Of a DNA stretch of 64,000 bases, positions 60,709-64,000 are shown piece by piece. The stretch is taken from the NCBI GenBank assembly GCA_026023565.1, contig JAPETS010000020.1:310001-374000 (forward strand). Direction: 5' to 3'. The position numbers and the translations under genes are program-made. The notes under the pieces were generated by a model. That model saw only the letters and a program-made list of their open reading frames with translations. It was not told the origin of the DNA and made no database searches. The stretch is from Cirrosporium novae-zelandiae (Eukaryota). Each line of letters starts with the position of its first letter. The stretch's first letter is position 1.

Positions 60709-61841
60709 ATTTTCAAGTCTCGTCCAGTGATAATTGAAAATGATAATAAGTTGATTTGTGGTTCATGAAGGGGTTCGTGGGTTAAAAAGGTAGAAAATCG
60801 AATGGTTCGTTCACGGCTCGTGAAGGTCAGTAAGAATATCTATAATTTTAATAAAATGAACTCCCTACAAGGTATATCGTTAGACAGTACTAATGGAGAT
60901 AGTGTTATGATATTGAAAAACCGTCATGCTTACCGAGATCCTGAAGCCACTATGCAGTGTTGGTGGGTCATATCCGTAGCTAACTGGGTTATAATTAACT
61001 AAATGCCTGTGGATTAACGTTAATGTTGTCTGCATAATTTTTTTTCTTCTGGTCACTTTTTCTGTATCTGTTTTTCCCCGAATGGCTTCCACGGAAGCAT
61101 GGGCGTCCCCTGCTCCAACCACCCAGGTTGGATGGAAGATCAAATGAGGAGGTGTGAACGTTCTTGTATGAGATTATGCAGGTATCCTTGGTAGTAAACC
61201 AGAAAAGGACCTTCAAGGAATGAATCGGCAGATGATAAGGATGCTATTGTCGGTCATATTCGAATAAGGGGAAAGGGCTTGGTTAATCTATCCCAAGCCG
61301 AGCAAGTTAGGGATTCACGAGATAAGCTATGCTGCAAGTATACTGTATATGCTGCAAGTACGAGCAGAGATGAACATGGCAAATATGTGGCAGTACATGT
61401 AGTTTGATGGTTTGATACCAAAGTACTGTCTAGTGGATGCTGTGGAACTTGATGTAAATCATCGCAGGAAGATTGTTCTTGGCTGATCTCAGGTAGGCAG
61501 TAGGGGTTAATCACAACCAAACGTTGAGGCTGAGAGGCTGATTGGCGACTCATCTGCAGACTAGGCCGCCCCCCCATTTCAACACACATCACACATCCTT
61601 CATCAACATTTTCCACAAGCACAATCAAATATTTCGTGCGTTTCCCTACTCTCCCAAGGCTACCCTGTCCAATAGTTGGCAATTGAGCAGATATCACGAT
61701 TTCTTTCTTCCTTCCTTATCCTCCCCCCTTTGGAGATTCTGTTTTGCTAACTTGACCTGACTTCAAGCTCCTTTTGCCTTCTCGTCGTCGCCCATACCTA
61801 ACTAGCCTTTTGATTTTTACCGACCTCCATCTACTCACCTG

Positions 61842-62700
61842 ATGTTTGATCTGGACCTGATGAGGCTCTTCGCAAATGCTGCCCAATCTACCGATTATAC
61901 CTTCCATGTCACCAAAACCATCACAAAATTGTCTCGTAATATGCAGGATAGTTGAGTGACGCTTGATACACATAAGATGGATTCAAAGGCTCATGGGGCT
62001 TGCTTTGAGGATTTGCTGTAATGAATGCTTGCCAATACCAAGTGTAGATGCTGCTCTATGCTTACCAAGGCAGAACCGTTACCGGAAACCATTGATAAGC
62101 TGAAAGCTAATGCTTCCGAGAGATCCATTAAAAGGTACCCATATGTTTGGTTCAAGTACAAGGAGAAGATCTTACTCGGACTATTGGCGAGTTTAGAGGA
62201 GCAAAAAGTACATAACAATAGGGCGCATGCAGGAAGCCAATGCTATATCCATAAGCCATACGGGACCAACTGGCAAAATCTGTGGGGCCAGCCCAGAACC
62301 ATCAAATATGACATGTCAAGATATCCATCCTTAGAGATAACTCCCGTGCTTCAGCTGGCTCCTCATAAGTTTGACGTTGTTTTGATGCCACCATCCACGC
62401 TACTAGTGAGTCTCGGAACATTGCATCTCGACACGACAAGACATTCTTCAAGCCGTCCACATTGCTAGTGAGTCCTGCAATTCTTTGCCAACAACTTGAA
62501 TAGGAGCCTAGAATTTTCAAGCAGCTTGTGGGTCTTAAGATGCCCTGGCACCAGAACTTCAGCACGACTTTCGGCGTATCCGAGTCCTTGGTGATTCTAG
62601 AGACGTAGACAGTGATATTAGAGGTTTAGGTGTAGCAATCACAGCAGGACACCCCTACGAAGATGCACTAGCAGCAAGATACTCTCAACAGGACTAGTAG
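61842..62700 (+). pseudogene. Decayed SesA/HeLo-like N-terminal domain gene with C-terminal amyloid-motif-like repeats
   Basis: Frame from ATG 61842 reads MFDLDLMRLFANAAQSTDYTFHVTKTITKL...SIKRYPYVWFKYKEKILLGLLASLEEQK, with stops at 61953, 62019 and 62022. Bases 62560-62694 read QHDFRRIRVLGDSRDVDSDI...GHPYEDALAARYSQQD. Confidence 0.5.
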
Positions 62701-64000
62701 TGTCGATACTAATTTTGTTCTCAAGCTCATCTAGGAAGGATCATAAAAGGACGATCATGTGCAGTTCCCCGTGTGAAGAATAACATTGTGTCAGATGAAA
62801 TATTCCCTAGCACAGGTGGTGCATTGGGGTTGGGGGATTTCATGCAGAATATAATAGTTTCAAGTACCTTTGGTCGATACTTGACATGATGACTGCCTTA
62901 TTTCCTATTGAAAGATTCATAGGATTAAAACTAACCTTGGGGAGTATTTCACCTGACACCATAATACATGTGTTAATGATACTTGGTATAGTAACCCCTA
63001 TGAAATATGAGATAGCTTTGTTTCGAATGGTCGCGATTGCTACTTACCCAACTGTAATTCAGTTTTGGATGGGGTTCAGATGCGGGTGCCAGACAACGGA
63101 ATTGAGATATCCCGTGTACAAAAATTAAAAGGCAGGAGTAGATCTATGCCTTTCTGATGTCCGAGGGACGTCTGGATCCTCGGAAGTTCTCTGAGCACAG
63201 GTTCTGGGCACGATTTGGGAACCATGATGCAGTCCCTAGTCAAAATTTCGAACCTCTGAGTGAGGCCCTAGAACTTTGCGGGGGCATAAATCCAATTCTA
63301 TCCCTCGTAAAAGAAGTCTGCAGCCTGCCTTCCACCTGTGACTGTGGATATATTTCCTGGTTCACAGGAATTATGCAATGCATACTTCTCTGTACATGAT
63401 TGGATGGAACCGTGGCGCCATGCATTTCGGCAACAAGAACGAGAGAGCCATGCATTGGTTGTGACCCGGGAATTTCTTTCGATGACTTTGCTTATTCCGG
63501 GCGCGGACGACGTGAAGTTAACAGCATTGCATTCCAGCCCCAAAGGGATAAATGAAGCTTAGCGATGGGCAAGTATTTCGTCGGCCATCACAATTACGAC
63601 TACATCCATCTTTATTGAAAACTTTAACCTTGCAAAGGGAAACAATAGTCTTTTACTGTTATACAAGACCCTACGGCGTCATAAGGTCTTCTTGATATCA
63701 TCGACCAACTTTTCTGCATGTGCGTCTGCTGCAATCACAAGTATCTGACTTCGCCCAGAGATCGAGATGAGAAAACTTACATGTAGCACCCTGTATCTTC
63801 CCTGGTCGATCAAAAGTGAAAGAGTTGGTAGCTATAACTTGAAGACTTGTAAGGCCGAAGACTTAGGCTTCGGAGTCCATGGTGACATACCCGGAGGTCG
63901 ATAATCCCATCACACCCAGTAGGACACGTAAGATGAGAAATTGAGCTTATAAGCCTGAGGTTCACTCATATTCTAGACCGCAAAATCATAGGAACTGACC

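Noticed and set aside
62886..64000. Remnant NLR (NACHT/NB-ARC) downstream of the amyloid-motif genes
   Set aside because: Short stop-interrupted frames on both strands, but no Walker A or repeat-domain motif recognised; identity unresolved.

Overview
Gene-dense DNA from a filamentous ascomycete fungus, judged from short GT..AG spliceosomal introns with CTAAC-type branch points. I found no rRNA, intact tRNA, CRISPR array or recognisable transposase. The window holds about 22 apparently intact genes, mostly accessory metabolism: a beta-lactamase-fold esterase, two secreted GtaA-family glutaminases, a GT31 glycosyltransferase, DUF6454- and DUF6601-like proteins, a GNAT, four MFS transporters, an HpcH aldolase, a Gfo/Idh/MocA oxidoreductase, a multicopper oxidase, a GH31 glycosidase and a TauD dioxygenase. 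There are also several pseudogenes with transition-type nonsense codons. Three things stand out. (1) At 60.2-62.7 kb, a small spliced gene joins a ubiquitin/SUMO-like domain to a C-terminal two-repeat motif in exact register with the HET-s prion-forming domain; next to it lie a degenerate single-repeat remnant and a decayed SesA/HeLo-like gene with similar repeats, suggesting an amyloid-signalling locus with an unusual effector. (2) An intronless membrane protein fuses a TLC-like domain to a bacterial-type Lgt (prolipoprotein diacylglyceryl transferase)-like domain. (3) A diverged ~1.1 kb inverted duplication carries two small Gly/Gln/Tyr/Pro-rich genes ending in poly-Cys tails, with conserved upstream motifs. 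All family assignments come from reading motifs by eye; no database searches were run.
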